A DNA stretch of 64,000 bases from the human T2T-CHM13v2.0 reference genome, Homo sapiens. Positions 49,684 to 61,895 of the stretch are shown piece by piece; positions within the stretch are counted from its first letter, which is position 1; every line of letters begins with the position of its first letter. The notes below the pieces were generated by a model. That model was not told the DNA's origin. It ran no database searches and saw only the letters and a list, made by a program, of their open reading frames with translations. The translations under genes were made by a program, and so were the position numbers. The DNA lies in assembly GCF_009914755.1 (NCBI RefSeq), contig NC_060934.1; one strand, given 5' to 3'.

Positions 49684-50680
49684 TTTCTCTGGGCTTTTTT
49701 TTTTGAAGTTTTCAACATAAATCTGGTAAAAGCAGGTGCTTTCCATATACATTCTCATTCTCTACTAACATTGTGTCTAAGAATGCATACCCCTTTGACC
49801 CCTCAGTGAAGTCTTGGAATTTTATTATGAATCCAATTTCTTCGTAATTATATTTTAACCAGTAATTATATCAAAGTGTCATTTAGCTTGCATCAACATG
49901 GCACATCTTTTTGAGACAAGTTCTAATTTGCACTACTTGTTCTAGTGAAATCTGCCTTGAGAAAGATTAATAATGTGTGTATGTCTGTGCTAAACTACAT
50001 CTTGCCATAAGTAAGCATGTAGAAACTTATGCTAAGATCACTGGTTTCTGATCAAAAAATAGTTCAATGAATTGGTTGAAACCACAGAAATCTAGGAAGT
50101 TTTATTTATTGCTTTGAGTCTTGCATACTCATTCTTGCAAACTCATTCTATTTTGGCCCCATTTGCTTATGGGAGACCCTTATGCCCAGAAGCTTCTGCT
50201 TTGAGACAGGGCCCACGTTCAAAATCCTGCTCAATTCAATGCCTGCAATGTGCTTTAAATAATACTGGTTAGTGATCCGACTGCACTTTAGCTTTCAAAA
50301 AGTTTTTCTATGCACTTTCACATTTACAAGTTGTATCTGAGAAGTTATACATGTCAAGAAGAAGTGACAGAATTTTTTTTCGCTGCTTTTACTCCTCTAC
50401 CTATGTGGAATATTCTCTGAATCAGTGTTAAAATGATCCAATGCCCTTCCCTTCAGATTTTTCTTCCTATTCCATCCTACTGACTTTTTAAAGCACATTC
50501 TATTGTCTTCTTGAAGAGACTGGAAAAGCAAATGATCAGTTAGTACACTTAGGCTAAGTAGTAGACAATCCAATTCAAAGTATCCTTAATATTAAGGACA
50601 ATAACACCCAAGAAATTCCAAGGTAAGGTAGCTCCAAAGTGATCAGCTTTTATCAGCTCAACAACATCATGAACCCATTG

Positions 50681-51480
50681 TATATTAGTAAGGGCTCTCC
50701 AGAGAAACAGAACCAACAGGATATATAAAAGGATAAATAGAAAGAGATTTATTGTAAAGGATGAGCTCACATGATTATGGAACTTGTGAGGTCTCATGAT
50801 CTGCCATCTGTAAGCTGGAGGCCCAGGAAAGCCCATGGTACATTTCCAGTCCAAACTCAAAGGCCCGCGAGTCAGGGATATCAAGTCCAAAGGCCTGAAA
50901 GGAGCTCCAATGTTGAAATGCAAGAGCAGATGGATTTTTTTTTTTTTTTTTTTGAGACGGAGTCTTGCTCTGTCGCCCAGGCTGGAGTGCATGGCATGAT
51001 CTTGGGTCACGGCAACCTCCACCTCCTGGGTTCAAGTGATTCTCCTGCCTCAGCCTCCTGAGTAGCTGGGATGACAGGTCTGTGCCACCATGCCCAGCTA
51101 ATTTTTGTATTTTTAGTAGAGACAGAGTTTTACTATGTTGGCGAGGCTGATCTCGAACCCCTGACTTCAGGCGATCCACTGGCCTCCACCTCCCAAAGTG
51201 CTAGGATTACAGGCATGAGCCACTGCGCCTGGCCGAGAAGATGGATTTTTTTAGCTCAAGCAGAAAGAAAGCTAATTTGCCCCTTTTCTGTGTTTTTCTT
51301 CTATTCAAGCCCTCAAGATTGGATGATGATTGGTGAGGGAGATCTTTACGAGGTCTACTGATTCAAATGCTAATCTCCTCTGGAAAAGCCCTCACTCAAA
51401 CACCAGAAATAACATATAGCAGCTATCCAGGCATCCGGCATCCCTTAGCCCAGTCAACTGATGCAAAATTAACCATCACA
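50681..51480 (-). mobile_element. MLT2B-like LTR (ERVL) interrupted by an Alu, itself nested in an old MLT1 (about 50560-51840)
   Basis: agggctctccagagaaacagaaccaacagg...ctgattcaaatgctaatctc...aattaaccatcaca. Confidence 0.88.
50941..51234 (-). mobile_element. AluSx
   Basis: TSD gagcagatggatttttt / gagaagatggatttttt. Confidence 0.94.
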
Positions 51481-52443
51481 TGTCTGTGATATCAGTCCTT
51501 CCTCTTAGCCTTTTTCAGCTTGTTGGCTTACCCTTGTGGTCACAAAAAAGGCTTCCGCAATTCTAGATATAACTTTCAGATGTAAAAATTTCCAAAAGAG
51601 GAAGGACAATTTCTTAGTATATTTAGGGAACGCTTTCCTAGAAGTCTCCCTGAGAGATTTTCCCTTGCCTGCACTTGGCCAGAATTATATTGTAAACCAA
51701 TTCCCAAACCATTCACAGAAAGAAGGAGATGAGATTCCTGGGACTGGCTTAGTGAAAAATATGTCCATGCTTAAGAGAGTAGATTGCCCAAACAAAAGTA
51801 GTTCTTTTAGACTCTATTCGTAGGCAACTTGCTGTGTCTATATGTGTATTGTATTATGGGAGAGTGAAGCTGGACACTGTGCTTTCACTAAATAGCACAG
51901 GATTCAAGTTTCATTGCAAACTTCACTAAAAACAACAAAAAATGAAAAAGCCTCCAAACAAACAACAACAAAACAAAACAAAACAAACAAACAAAAACCC
52001 AGCAACAATGAATGAATCTACCAATTTTTAAAATCTCACAGAAGAAACAGTTCTGTTTTAACTACTGGAAGATCTGGACAGTCTAAGTAAAATAGGATAA
52101 GGTAATTCATTTTAGATCTTACAGGGTTGTGGTCAATATTTTCTTAATGCTGCTGTGAGTGAATTCTGGATAAAGATGCCAAGAGCCCAGAATTTCTCGA
52201 AGGAAGAGTCAACAGACAATATATTCTCCCATGACCCAATGACTATTGCTTGTCTCCTTTAGAGCAAGCACAGTCTCTAAGGTGCTGACCATCAGGAAGT
52301 CAAGATTCCTGAAAAAAATGCAATTATGACATCTGTAAACCTAAGTAGTGTCAGGTTGAGAAATGGACCTCACCCCTTATCTTATACCTTTCTAACATTT
52401 GATGTGCTCTGCTCCTAAATTTTCAATATAATTTTTGATCCAA

Positions 52444-52505
52444 TATTAGGTTGGTGCAAAATTAATTGCAGGCTTGCCCACAATTAATTTTGCACCAACC
52501 TAATA
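52444..52505. mobile_element. MADE1 (Hsmar1-derived MITE), internally shortened
   Basis: TA-TTAGGTTGGTGCAAAA termini; perfect 25-bp inverted repeat around a 12-nt loop. Confidence 0.93.
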
Positions 52506-52569
52506 CGAAAGTACAAGGGGAAAAATGTGGTTTTCATATATATTATAGAACCATTTAAAGAATATTTGC

Positions 52570-52713
52570 AGCCAGGTGCAGTGGCTCATGCCTGTAATCT
52601 CAGCACTTTGGGAGGCCAAGGTGGTGGGATAGCTTGAGCTCAGGAGTTCAACACCAGCCTGGGCAACATAGTAACATTTTGTCTCCAGTTATACAAAAAA
52701 TAATTAAAAAAAC
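52570..52713 (+). mobile_element. FLAM_C / Alu monomer
   Basis: Single monomer with A tail; TSD aaagaatatttg / aaagaacatttg. Confidence 0.88.
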
Positions 52714-53789
52714 AAAGAACATTTGGGGTGTCAGAGTTTATTAGTTCTTCAGCATTGCAAGATTTTTATGAATATAGAAAATTGAAACAAAGCACAAATA
52801 TGACTATCAACTCATGGAGATACTTTCTACCTAATCCTCCTCTTAGTTTTATCAGGTTATGCCTAGGGCTACCATTAGCCCAGTGATTATGGGAAAATAA
52901 ATGAGTGCAAAGATAATGTAATGTACTTTTCTTCTTTCCTAATATGATTTTTCTTGTTTAGAAGAAAGGGAAATGTAATAAGCTATAAGCAATCTGTTAC
53001 ATAAAAGAAGCACTTCACAGCCTTTCAGTTTGTCTTCTGACTTATCAGAAACAGAATTTATTTAAAAAATTTGTGAGTTAACCGAGCAATTGTGGGAGGT
53101 CCAAATTCTTTAGAGGTTGGAGTACAAGAATTATGATACTTTTTATAATCTAGGTGGTCTTCATGGGCCAGGAGCAAGAACTGGCTACAGTTGAACAACC
53201 CCTCTAGAGTTCATGCTGCGGTTCATTTACTTACGAGTCCAAAGTCCTGTCTGAGGAGCATAGTGTGACTTAGACAAAATCCATCCTCAATTTGTTATTT
53301 ATCATTCTCAAGGCAAACCTCAGACAAGCTCATAAGGACATTTTTTTTTTTTTAGTTTCAAATCTCATTTGTAATCTAAATGCTATTGGTTTTCCTACTC
53401 TTTGCTAAACCAGATCTTGTTTGCTTTCCTAAGTGATTTTTAGGGGAGGGGGCAATTCTGAGGCACTTGGTCCTAAATCTCCCTAAAACTGAAAGTTTCA
53501 ACTAAATCTCTACAGTATCCAGTCTCATAACTGTTACAAGCTTATTACTTAGATACAATTAGAGTCCCTTTTATTTTGGAAACAGAGACCATCAGAATCC
53601 ATTACCCTAAGTCAGATAAATGTTGCCCAACATTTATCCAATGAGATATTATCTAATGCTGTTGATATACGGGTGACTTCACTCAATTTAAGGTTGTGGA
53701 GGTCTAATATTAGTGTCCAGACAAGAGGTCCCAAGCCACAATGTAACCATTTACTTATTCATTACTACTTACTTATTACTTTTACCCAC

Positions 53790-54320
53790 AGCAGCTTGGG
53801 GAACTTGGGCAAATTGCTTAATGCTTGGGGGCTTTTTCTTCATCTATAAAATAAGGGAATTGCACTAAGTAATCCCAAAGTTCTCTTCTGCCTCTAAAAT
53901 TAGATGATCATATGATTAAATGACCAACAATAATTGTGTCTACTAATCAAATGAGTCAAAAATTTGTTTTAAAGATGATAATGGAAATTATTTAGAATAG
54001 TGGGAATAAAAGAAATATCAAAATATATCCTCAGGAAGGTCTCTGCATTTGACATCCTCTGAGCCCTCAGAAACTGTAATCACTTAAACACATATACTGT
54101 AGGCAGAAAGAACAATAAATTTTGCAGGCTGCTTTACAGCTTAACTAAGTGCTTCTATGTCTATTACATTGATGGACTTTTACAACAAACCTCTAGATGG
54201 TTATTATTATTCCCACTTTACAGATGAGTAAACTTGGCTCAGCTGAAATAAATCCTTGACTTGGGGATTGAAGCTAGTCACTTGAAACCAGGTTTGAGAT
54301 TTTGCTATTTCAACACATTC
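53790..54320. mobile_element. Two MIR fragments (+ about 53790-53910, - about 54110-54320)
   Basis: cttgggcaaattgctta...catctataaaat; ttcccactttacagatgagtaaac. Confidence 0.6.
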
Positions 54321-54975
54321 ATAAAATCAGCGTTTTTCCTTAACCTTATTGTGGTGTTAGAGACTACATATGGTCCTTTCCCTGGGCTGACTTCTAATGT
54401 TCCTCTAAACCCCTTTTGTTTGTTAAGTCATTACACAATTTGAAGGATTTGACATTTTACAATGTCGTCTACCCATCAAATAATGCAACCTTGTCTCCAT
54501 TTTTCAATTTTTTTGTCTCTCAATAGAGTTTTAATTTTTCTCCATGTAGGTAGAGTTTCAATTTTTCTCCACAATATATTAATTTATATTTAAACTTTTT
54601 AAAAAGCATTATGAGTTTTTCTCTTATAGTTTCTAATTTATTACAAATAATTGAAAACCCCATGTGTTTCATTTATTCATATATAGTTCATTATTTTAAT
54701 TAAACATATTTTTGTTTTATGTTTTATTTAATTTACTTCATTATGGTTAACTTTTTAAAATTTTGTTTGCCCTTAATTTATTCTACTCTTTAATTGAAAA
54801 ACAGAATAAAACAAATTTCTTGTCTTGCTGTAAATAATTGTATGCTCTTATATGCTGCAATCAAACAACAAAATAAAAGAATAAAAGCATATTTAAATCC
54901 CACCATTCAGAAAGAGATAAGTTTGAAAAGCATTGAGGTACATTATAATATAAATTTGTTCACTTTCAAAAAAAA

Positions 54976-55286
54976 TTTTTTAGAGACAGGGTGGTCTTGC
55001 TCTGTTGCCCAGGCTGTAATACAGTGGTATGATCATGGCTTATTGCGGCTTCAAACTCCTGGGCTCAAAGAAACTACCACCCCTGCCACCTCAGCTTCCC
55101 AAGCAGCTGGGACCACATGCGTGTGCCATTACACTCTAATAGTTTGTTTTTTTTTTTTTTTTTTCGTAGCAATGGAGGTCACACTATGTTGCCTAGGCTG
55201 GTTCCAAACTGCTGGCCTCAAGCAATCCTCCCACAGTGACCTCCCAAATATGCTGGGATTACAGGTGTGAGCTACCATGCCTGGTC
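54976..55286 (-). mobile_element. AluJ
   Basis: J-type text (gatcatggct, aactcctgggctcaa, cactatgttgcctaggctgg); degenerate TSD tttgttcactttcaaaa / tttgtcctcttcaaaa. Confidence 0.88.
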
Positions 55287-55310
55287 TTTGTCCTCTTCAA
55301 AAAATCTGTG

Positions 55311-55707
55311 TTCTACTGTTTGAATGTCTCCCCAAAACATTCAGGTGTTGAAAACAACCCCCAGTGCAAGTGTTAAGAGGTAAGGCCTCTCAACGCAATG
55401 AGGCAATTAGGACATGAGGGTTCTGTTCTCATGAACGGTTAATGTCTACCTTTATCTTGGGAGTTGGTTAGTTATCACAAGAATGGGCCTATTATAAAAA
55501 TGAATTCAGCCCCATCTTGCTCCTTTGTGGTCTAGTGCTCCTTGCCCTATTCCCTCCCACTACAGGATGAGATAAAAGGCCTTTAGCAGGTGTGGACCAC
55601 TTAACATTGAACTTCCCAGCCTTTAGAACTGTAAGAAATAATTTTTTTTCTTTACAAATTACCTGATCTGTGGTATGCTGTATAGCAACACACAATGGAC
55701 TAAGATA
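55311..55707 (+). mobile_element. MSTC/MSTD-like LTR
   Basis: tttgaatgtctcccc...acttcccagcctttagaactgtaagaaata...aatggactaagata. Confidence 0.82.
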
Positions 55708-55882
55708 GGGTGCTTATGAGGTGTTTATATTTTCTTTTTTTTCCTTTAATTTCTTCTTGCAACATTGGAATAGTATAGCATATACAACTATATCTTCCTA
55801 TGTTTATCATTGTTCCATGCCACTCAAATGTAATTTTAATGGCTGCATATTTTAGCATATGGATTTACTAAAACACAATAGC

Positions 55883-56328
55883 CATAGTGAGTTGAATGGT
55901 GACCACTACAAAAGATATTTCTAGCTGAATCCCTGAAACCGGTGGACATTGCCTTATTTGGAAAAAGGGCCTTTAGAGATGTAGTTAAGTTCAGGATCTT
56001 GAGAGAAGAAGATTATTGTGGGTCCTAAATCCAATAGGTGTCCTTATAAAAGGCACACAGAGGAGACAAACAGAGATGAGGAAAAGGCGATGATACCACA
56101 GAGCCAGAGACTGGAATGATGTGGCCACAAGTCAAGGAATGCTGACAACCACCAGGAGATGGAAAAGGCAAAGAATGTGTTCTTCCCTAGTGCCTCCAGA
56201 GAAATGTGGCCCTGATAACACTTTGGTTTAAGATGCCTGGCCTCTAGACTGTGAAGGAATACATTTCTATGGTTATAAGCCACTAAGTTTGTGGCAGTTT
56301 ATTACAGCAGCCATAGGAGACTAATACA
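55883..56328 (+). mobile_element. MLT1C LTR within an L1ME fragment
   Basis: gttgaatggtg...ccttatttggaaaaagggc...cagccataggagactaataCA; TSD atagc / atagg. Confidence 0.88.
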
Positions 56329-56857
56329 ATAGGGAATCTAATATTGTTAAACATTTACATTGGTTTCAATTTTAAACATTATCAGTAACACTACAATGTA
56401 TTTGTGTTTATCTCTGATTTTACACTAGATATTTAATTACTGGCTGAAAAAAGTGTGAACAGTTTAAGACGATTTTCAGGGAAGTGGTAATAATTGCACT
56501 TCCAAAAGCTACATATGATGAACCCTTCCACTGTCATCTTGCCCACAACATGTATAACAATATCATTTTATATACTTGATAGGAGACAACACCTTGATAT
56601 TTGAATTTGGAATATATAGATTAGTGTCATATTTGGATGTAGTTTCATAAGCTTATCAAACAATTATGTTTCTTTTTTGAAATTTTCTTTAATTTGCAAT
56701 GTTTGTTTTGGGTTGCTTATGCAAGAGCACTTTATGTATCAGTGTACCTTGCCTTTTAAAATTTTACAAATTTACTTTTCTGGTATTTCATTTGTCTTTC
56801 CATTTTATAACATTTTGTAATGCATAAGTTTTATTTTCCTTCTTAATGTTGTCCAAT

Positions 56858-57230
56858 ATTATATTTCCCCCATTGTATATATAAAATTATATTTCCCCAT
56901 TTTACATATATAATTATATTTCCCTCATTTATACTATTTAAGTATATATATTAACATATATAATACTTAATGAAATATATGAACAATGATGAATATAAAT
57001 ATATGAATATGAATAATAATGAAATATATATTATATATAGTTCACATATTATATATTAAGTATATATAATATATATTTATATATTAAGTATATATAATAT
57101 ATATTTATATAAGTATATATAATATATATTTATATATTAAGTATACATAATATATATTTATTTATATATAATATATATTTAATATATAATGGGGAATATA
57201 ATTATATAATATAATTTATATAAATTATAT
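56858..57230. repeat. AT-rich minisatellite / low-complexity block
   Basis: Three attatatttcccc-type units; four ~28-bp atatattaagtatatataatatatattt units (57051-57159). Confidence 0.9.
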
Positions 57231-57780
57231 TAAAGCATAATAAGCTTTAGTTTTGGCTGAAAAAGAGGGGAGGAAGTTTACAGGTACTAGGAAGGGGTAT
57301 GGCAAAGCAAATAAGACAGCATGTTGTTGACCTTATTCCCAGCCCAATCATGAGCCCTGTGGAAGGAAGAGTTGCAACTAACAGCTAGAAGTTCTGTTTA
57401 CATGTAGGTCTTATACACATATACTTTCCTACATGCTCCCTACATTTTATTCAAATAGGACTAATTTCTTTATGCACCACCTGCAATAGGCAGAATTCTA
57501 AAGAAGGCTTCCCACCCCCACCCAGATTCCTGCCCCCTAGGTATTCAAACACTAATCTAGGTACTTCTGTGAAAAAACTGCAGATGAAATGACAATTACT
57601 AGTCATCTGATTTAAAAATAGGGAGATTACCCTGTTTTATCCAGATGGACATAATGTAATCACAGGCGCCCTTAAAATCGGAATGGGAGGTAAAAGAGGA
57701 AGGAGAGATTCAGCGCATGAAGCAGACTGAACTCACCAACCCACCACTGCCGGAGGGAGGCCATATGAAAAGTATGACAG

Positions 57781-58412
57781 TGTTATCGGAAAGGGGTCCC
57801 AATCCAGACCCCAAGAGATGGTTCTTGGATCTCATGTAAGAAAGAATTCAAGGCGAATCCATAAAGTGAAAGCAAGTTTATCAAGAAAGTAAAGGAATAA
57901 AAGAATGGCTACTCCATAGGCAGAGCAGCAGCATGGGCCACTGGTTGCCCATTTTTATGGTTATTTCTTGATTATATGCTACATAAGGGGTGGGTTATTC
58001 ATGAGTTTTCTGGGAAAGGGATGGACAGTTTCCAGAACTGGGGATTCCTTCTCTTTTTAGACCATATAGGGTAACTTCCTGATGCTGCCATGGCATTTGT
58101 AAACTGTCATGGTGCTGATGGGAGTGTCACTTAGCATGCTAATGCATTATAATTAGTGTATAATGAGCAGTGAGGAGAACTAGAGATCACTCTTATCGCC
58201 ATCTTGGTTTTGGTGGGTTCTGGCCAGCTTCTTTATGACACAGCCTGTTTTATCAGCAAGGTCTTTATGACCTGTATCTTGTGTTGATCTCCCCTCTCAT
58301 CCTGTGACAAGGAATGCCTTAACCTCCTGAGAATGCAGCCCAGTAGGTCTCAGGCTTATTTTACCCAGCCCCTATTCAAGATGCAGTTGCCCTGGTTCAA
58401 ACAACTCTGACA
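57781..58412 (-). mobile_element. MER41B solo LTR (ERV1)
   Basis: tgttatcggaaaggggtcccaatccagaccccaagag...ggttcaaacaactctgaca; 632 bp; TSD acag / agag. Confidence 0.9.
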
Positions 58413-58464
58413 AGAGGAATGCGGGCAGCCACCAAGTGTAAAAACTAGGCCCCACCAGAGTCAC

Positions 58465-58821
58465 TGTATTAGTCTGTTTTCATGCTGCTAATAAAGACAT
58501 GCCCAAGACTGGGCAATTTACAGAAGAAAGAGGTTTAATTGAACGTACAGTCTTGTGGCTGGGGAAGCCTCACAATCATGCCAAAAGGCAAGGAGCAGCA
58601 AGTCACATCTTACACAGATGGTGACAGGCAAAGAATGAGAGAGCTCGTGCAGGGGAACACCTCTGTTAAAAAACATCAGGTCTCATGAGATTTACTTACT
58701 ATCAAGAGAACAGCACGGGAAAGACTTGTCCCCATGATTCAGTTACCTCCCACCCGGTCCCTCCCATAACAGGTAGGAATTCAAGATGAGATTTGGATGG
58801 GGACACAGCCAAACCATATCA
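58465..58821 (-). mobile_element. THE1A solo LTR
   Basis: tgtattagtctgttttcatgctgct...gggacacagccaaaccatatca; TSD gtcac / gtcag. Confidence 0.93.
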
Positions 58822-59205
58822 GTCAGCAAGGAAAGAGCAGCCTCAGTCTTACAACTGCAAGAAACTGAATCTGGGCAAAAACCTGAATGAGGCCTGAAGT
58901 GGATACATGCCCAGATCCCTCAGAAAAGAACACACCCCTGCTGACACCTTGCCATTGGCTTTGTAAGACTGTAAGCAGAGTGCCCAGACTCTAAGTTAAG
59001 TGATGCAGCATCCAGATTTCTAACCTAACAATTGTGAGGTGATAAACAGGTATTGTTTTAAGCCACTAAATTTGTGGTAAGTTGTTATGGCAACAATAGG
59101 CATTGAATAGATCACTCTCATTTATACACCGCTTTATTATTCTCGGTGTATTTTGCTTTGTAAAGCTGGGATACCTCTGCACCTTTCCCTTGCCCCTCCA
59201 CAGTC

Positions 59206-59762
59206 TGAGATGGAATAAGAGTGGGACACAACTCCTCCTTTTTCTTTTTTCTTCTCCTCATGATCACAAAACCCACACCACTACCTTACTGATGCTACAG
59301 CTGCTCACACTGAGGCTTTAGTCGTACATACAAAGAAAATAGCCATTCTTCACCGCTCTCGTAGTGTTTTACTTAAACATTACTTAAACATTTCCAGAAA
59401 GTGGCCTCAGGAGATTCAAATATGGAACCAAGTTGCAGATTGTTCCACATCCAAAAGATGTGCTAAACAATTCATTGGCAGCCTTATTGCCTCCAGCCAG
59501 ACCACCAGGTTGCCCATTACCCAATATGACCGTGGCAACCAGATATGCAAACCTGCCTGCCCTACCCCTGATGTCAATTCCTGCGCTTTGCCTCATAAAA
59601 AAAGCCCTACATGCTCTTTCTGGGGAGCCAGCCAGAGAATCCTTCCATCTCTGCCATCTCCCTCGCACTCGAACACAAGCCCCAAAATAAAGACTTGTCT
59701 GGGAAATCTTCTTGGCCTCTTGTTAATTTCAGTTACATGGGAAGCCTAAGAGCCTGTGGTCT
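59206..59762 (+). mobile_element. ERV1 solo LTR (MER67-like)
   Basis: TGAGA start; AATAAA at 59686; ccagaccaccagg, cccctgatgtcaattcc; inserted in L2-like sequence. Confidence 0.65.
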
Positions 59763-59992
59763 CTGAAAAATCTACTCAAATCTCACCTTCCCTTCAAGGC
59801 AACACCATTCCTACCACTCTCATAAAGTCTTTATAAACCTGAGACCTCTCACCTCCTCCATGTCCCCTGCTCCCTAGAATACTTTATACTTCTCTCAAAA
59901 CAATTATTCTATTTAATGAGTAATATAGTTATTTAAGCACAAACTATTATGTTCCCTCTAAATTAAAACTTATAGAAGGCAGCCTTAATTTC

Positions 59993-60468
59993 TATATTAG
60001 CCAGTTTTTTCTGTGTCACAAAAAATTCCAATATCTTAGTGGCTTATAACATTCAAAGCATTTATTCTGCTCTTGCTTCGCAGGTTAGGCACAAATTAAC
60101 TGATCTAGTTTGAGCTCTGCTGGGCAGATGTGCTGCAGCATGCCCATCCAGCTGTGTTTGGATGCAATCTATGGGTTGGGCTTAGATGTGCTGCATGTAT
60201 CTTCCTCCTTGGGCAGAAAGGGAAGTACTTAGGCAACCTGCTTTACATGGCAGATCAAGAAATACAAGAGGGTACTAACCACTGAAGCACATTTTAAGCT
60301 TTTGCTTCTATCACATTCATTAACAACTTATTCACCAAACGAAGCGTCATGGCCCAGACCACAGTGAAGGAAGGATACATTCACCCACCATGGATCATGG
60401 CAATAGGGTAGATTTATAACTCCGCTTTAAGAAAGGGAGAAATTGGAACCTATAATTCAGTTCACCTA
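59993..60468 (-). mobile_element. MLT1G/H-like LTR
   Basis: tatattagccag...atcttagtggctta...tcacattcattaac...gtcatggccca. Confidence 0.6.
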
Positions 60469-61895
60469 GGTATTCTTCATGATGATATTCTTAGCCTCCC
60501 CTTATCTGATATAAACAAAATGTTTAGCACATTGTCTTCTGTGTGTTTGGTGGTTGGCATGAAATTGATTTACTATCCCTCCTTGGCCATACTACAAGAG
60601 AGTTGTTCCCTTCCTGGTCATTCAAACACATATTCCCTTTTATCATTCTTATAAATGCACTTGCCTCTGTTCAATTTAGCAGTTGGTTCATTTATCATTT
60701 TTAAACATTATTTTCAGCATGTACTTTTTAGCTCCCTGGATAAGTCATGAATTCCTAAAGGAGAAACTGCTTCATTTACTTACTCTAAGGCTCCCACACA
60801 GTGTTTAGCTGAGGGCTGAATAAAGTAAATGCCCAATAAATACCAGATGACTGTTATTTCCCATTAAAAATGGTAAGACTTCTTCTTTGGGAATTTTCAG
60901 AATGTGTTGCCTGTCTTTCTATACGGAAAACATCAATGGTGCTCAGCTCATTACAAACCTGAGTGCCAGCCTTAGCTACATTTTATTTAAAGAGGAATAA
61001 TTGGTACATAAATTCTCTCACAGAGCATTGAGAAGCTGATATATGACATTTTCTGTCAATCTGGGCTTTTTCTATCAGGGTAACTGACACTGTTCTTGAA
61101 ATTCCTGTGGATAAAGTGCACATCTGTGCTGTTGGGGGAATTAACAGAATTCCTCTTTGCTTGTAACAAGTTATTGGTGATAATCTAAAGCTACTATTTG
61201 TGTGGTTGCCGGACACGTTGAGTTTTCAGAGGAATACACAGCATGAAGAAAGCCTGGAGGTAGAAAGAGTGCTACTGCTGTCCTGGATCACATTCTATAG
61301 GATAAAACTGCAGGCAGAGAAAGCTCTTCAATATACTCTTTTAGCTGTAAGGTAATAACACCTCCTTGACTTCATTATTATTCATAGATGTGCCTCTGAC
61401 AGGTTAATAAACCATTCTAAAGGACTTTGGCATTGCAAGTCATGCTATTAAGAAGAACCATGACATTAGAAATTAGACTGAACAAGTTTCTTAAGAATTT
61501 CCAGGTGGTTTTATCCCACAGCAGTTACAGGAGACTCTGAGGCACGCTCTGGCTTCATCATAAGATCAGTTGACGGCAGAGCCATTGGTAAAAATAATCA
61601 CTTTGGCGTGTATACAAAAAACAAATGACTATCTGTCAACCAGAGGAGCAGAATCACATGGGCTTAATACTCTCAACGATACTTAAATGGCTTGTGCTCA
61701 AACTGACTTAAGTAGACCCTAACACTATAACATTATTATACAGTCCTGCAGCTACTACAGAAAGAGAGAGAGACAGAAAGAGACTTTTAATGAATGACTG
61801 CCTGCCTACCAAAGTAATGGCTTCAACAAGGCTGAAATTCCACAGCATCATTATTTTTGGAGATTCTAGAAATCATGCTAGAAGGTGTACAGAAC

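Larger units (their letters stand above)
57482..59111 (+). mobile_element. MLT1E-like LTR in three pieces, hosting MER41B and THE1A
   Basis: ggcagaattctaaag...tattcaaacactaatctaggtac...; ctgctgacacctt...ttttaagccactaaatttgtggtaa. Confidence 0.8.

Noticed and set aside
57051-57159. CRISPR-like ~28-bp repeats
   Set aside because: Head-to-tail units without spacers, no cas genes, eukaryotic context
61220-61360. Possible exon (ttttcag acceptor, aag/gtaata donor)
   Set aside because: Splice-like motifs are common by chance; no coding signal and not supportable without transcript data
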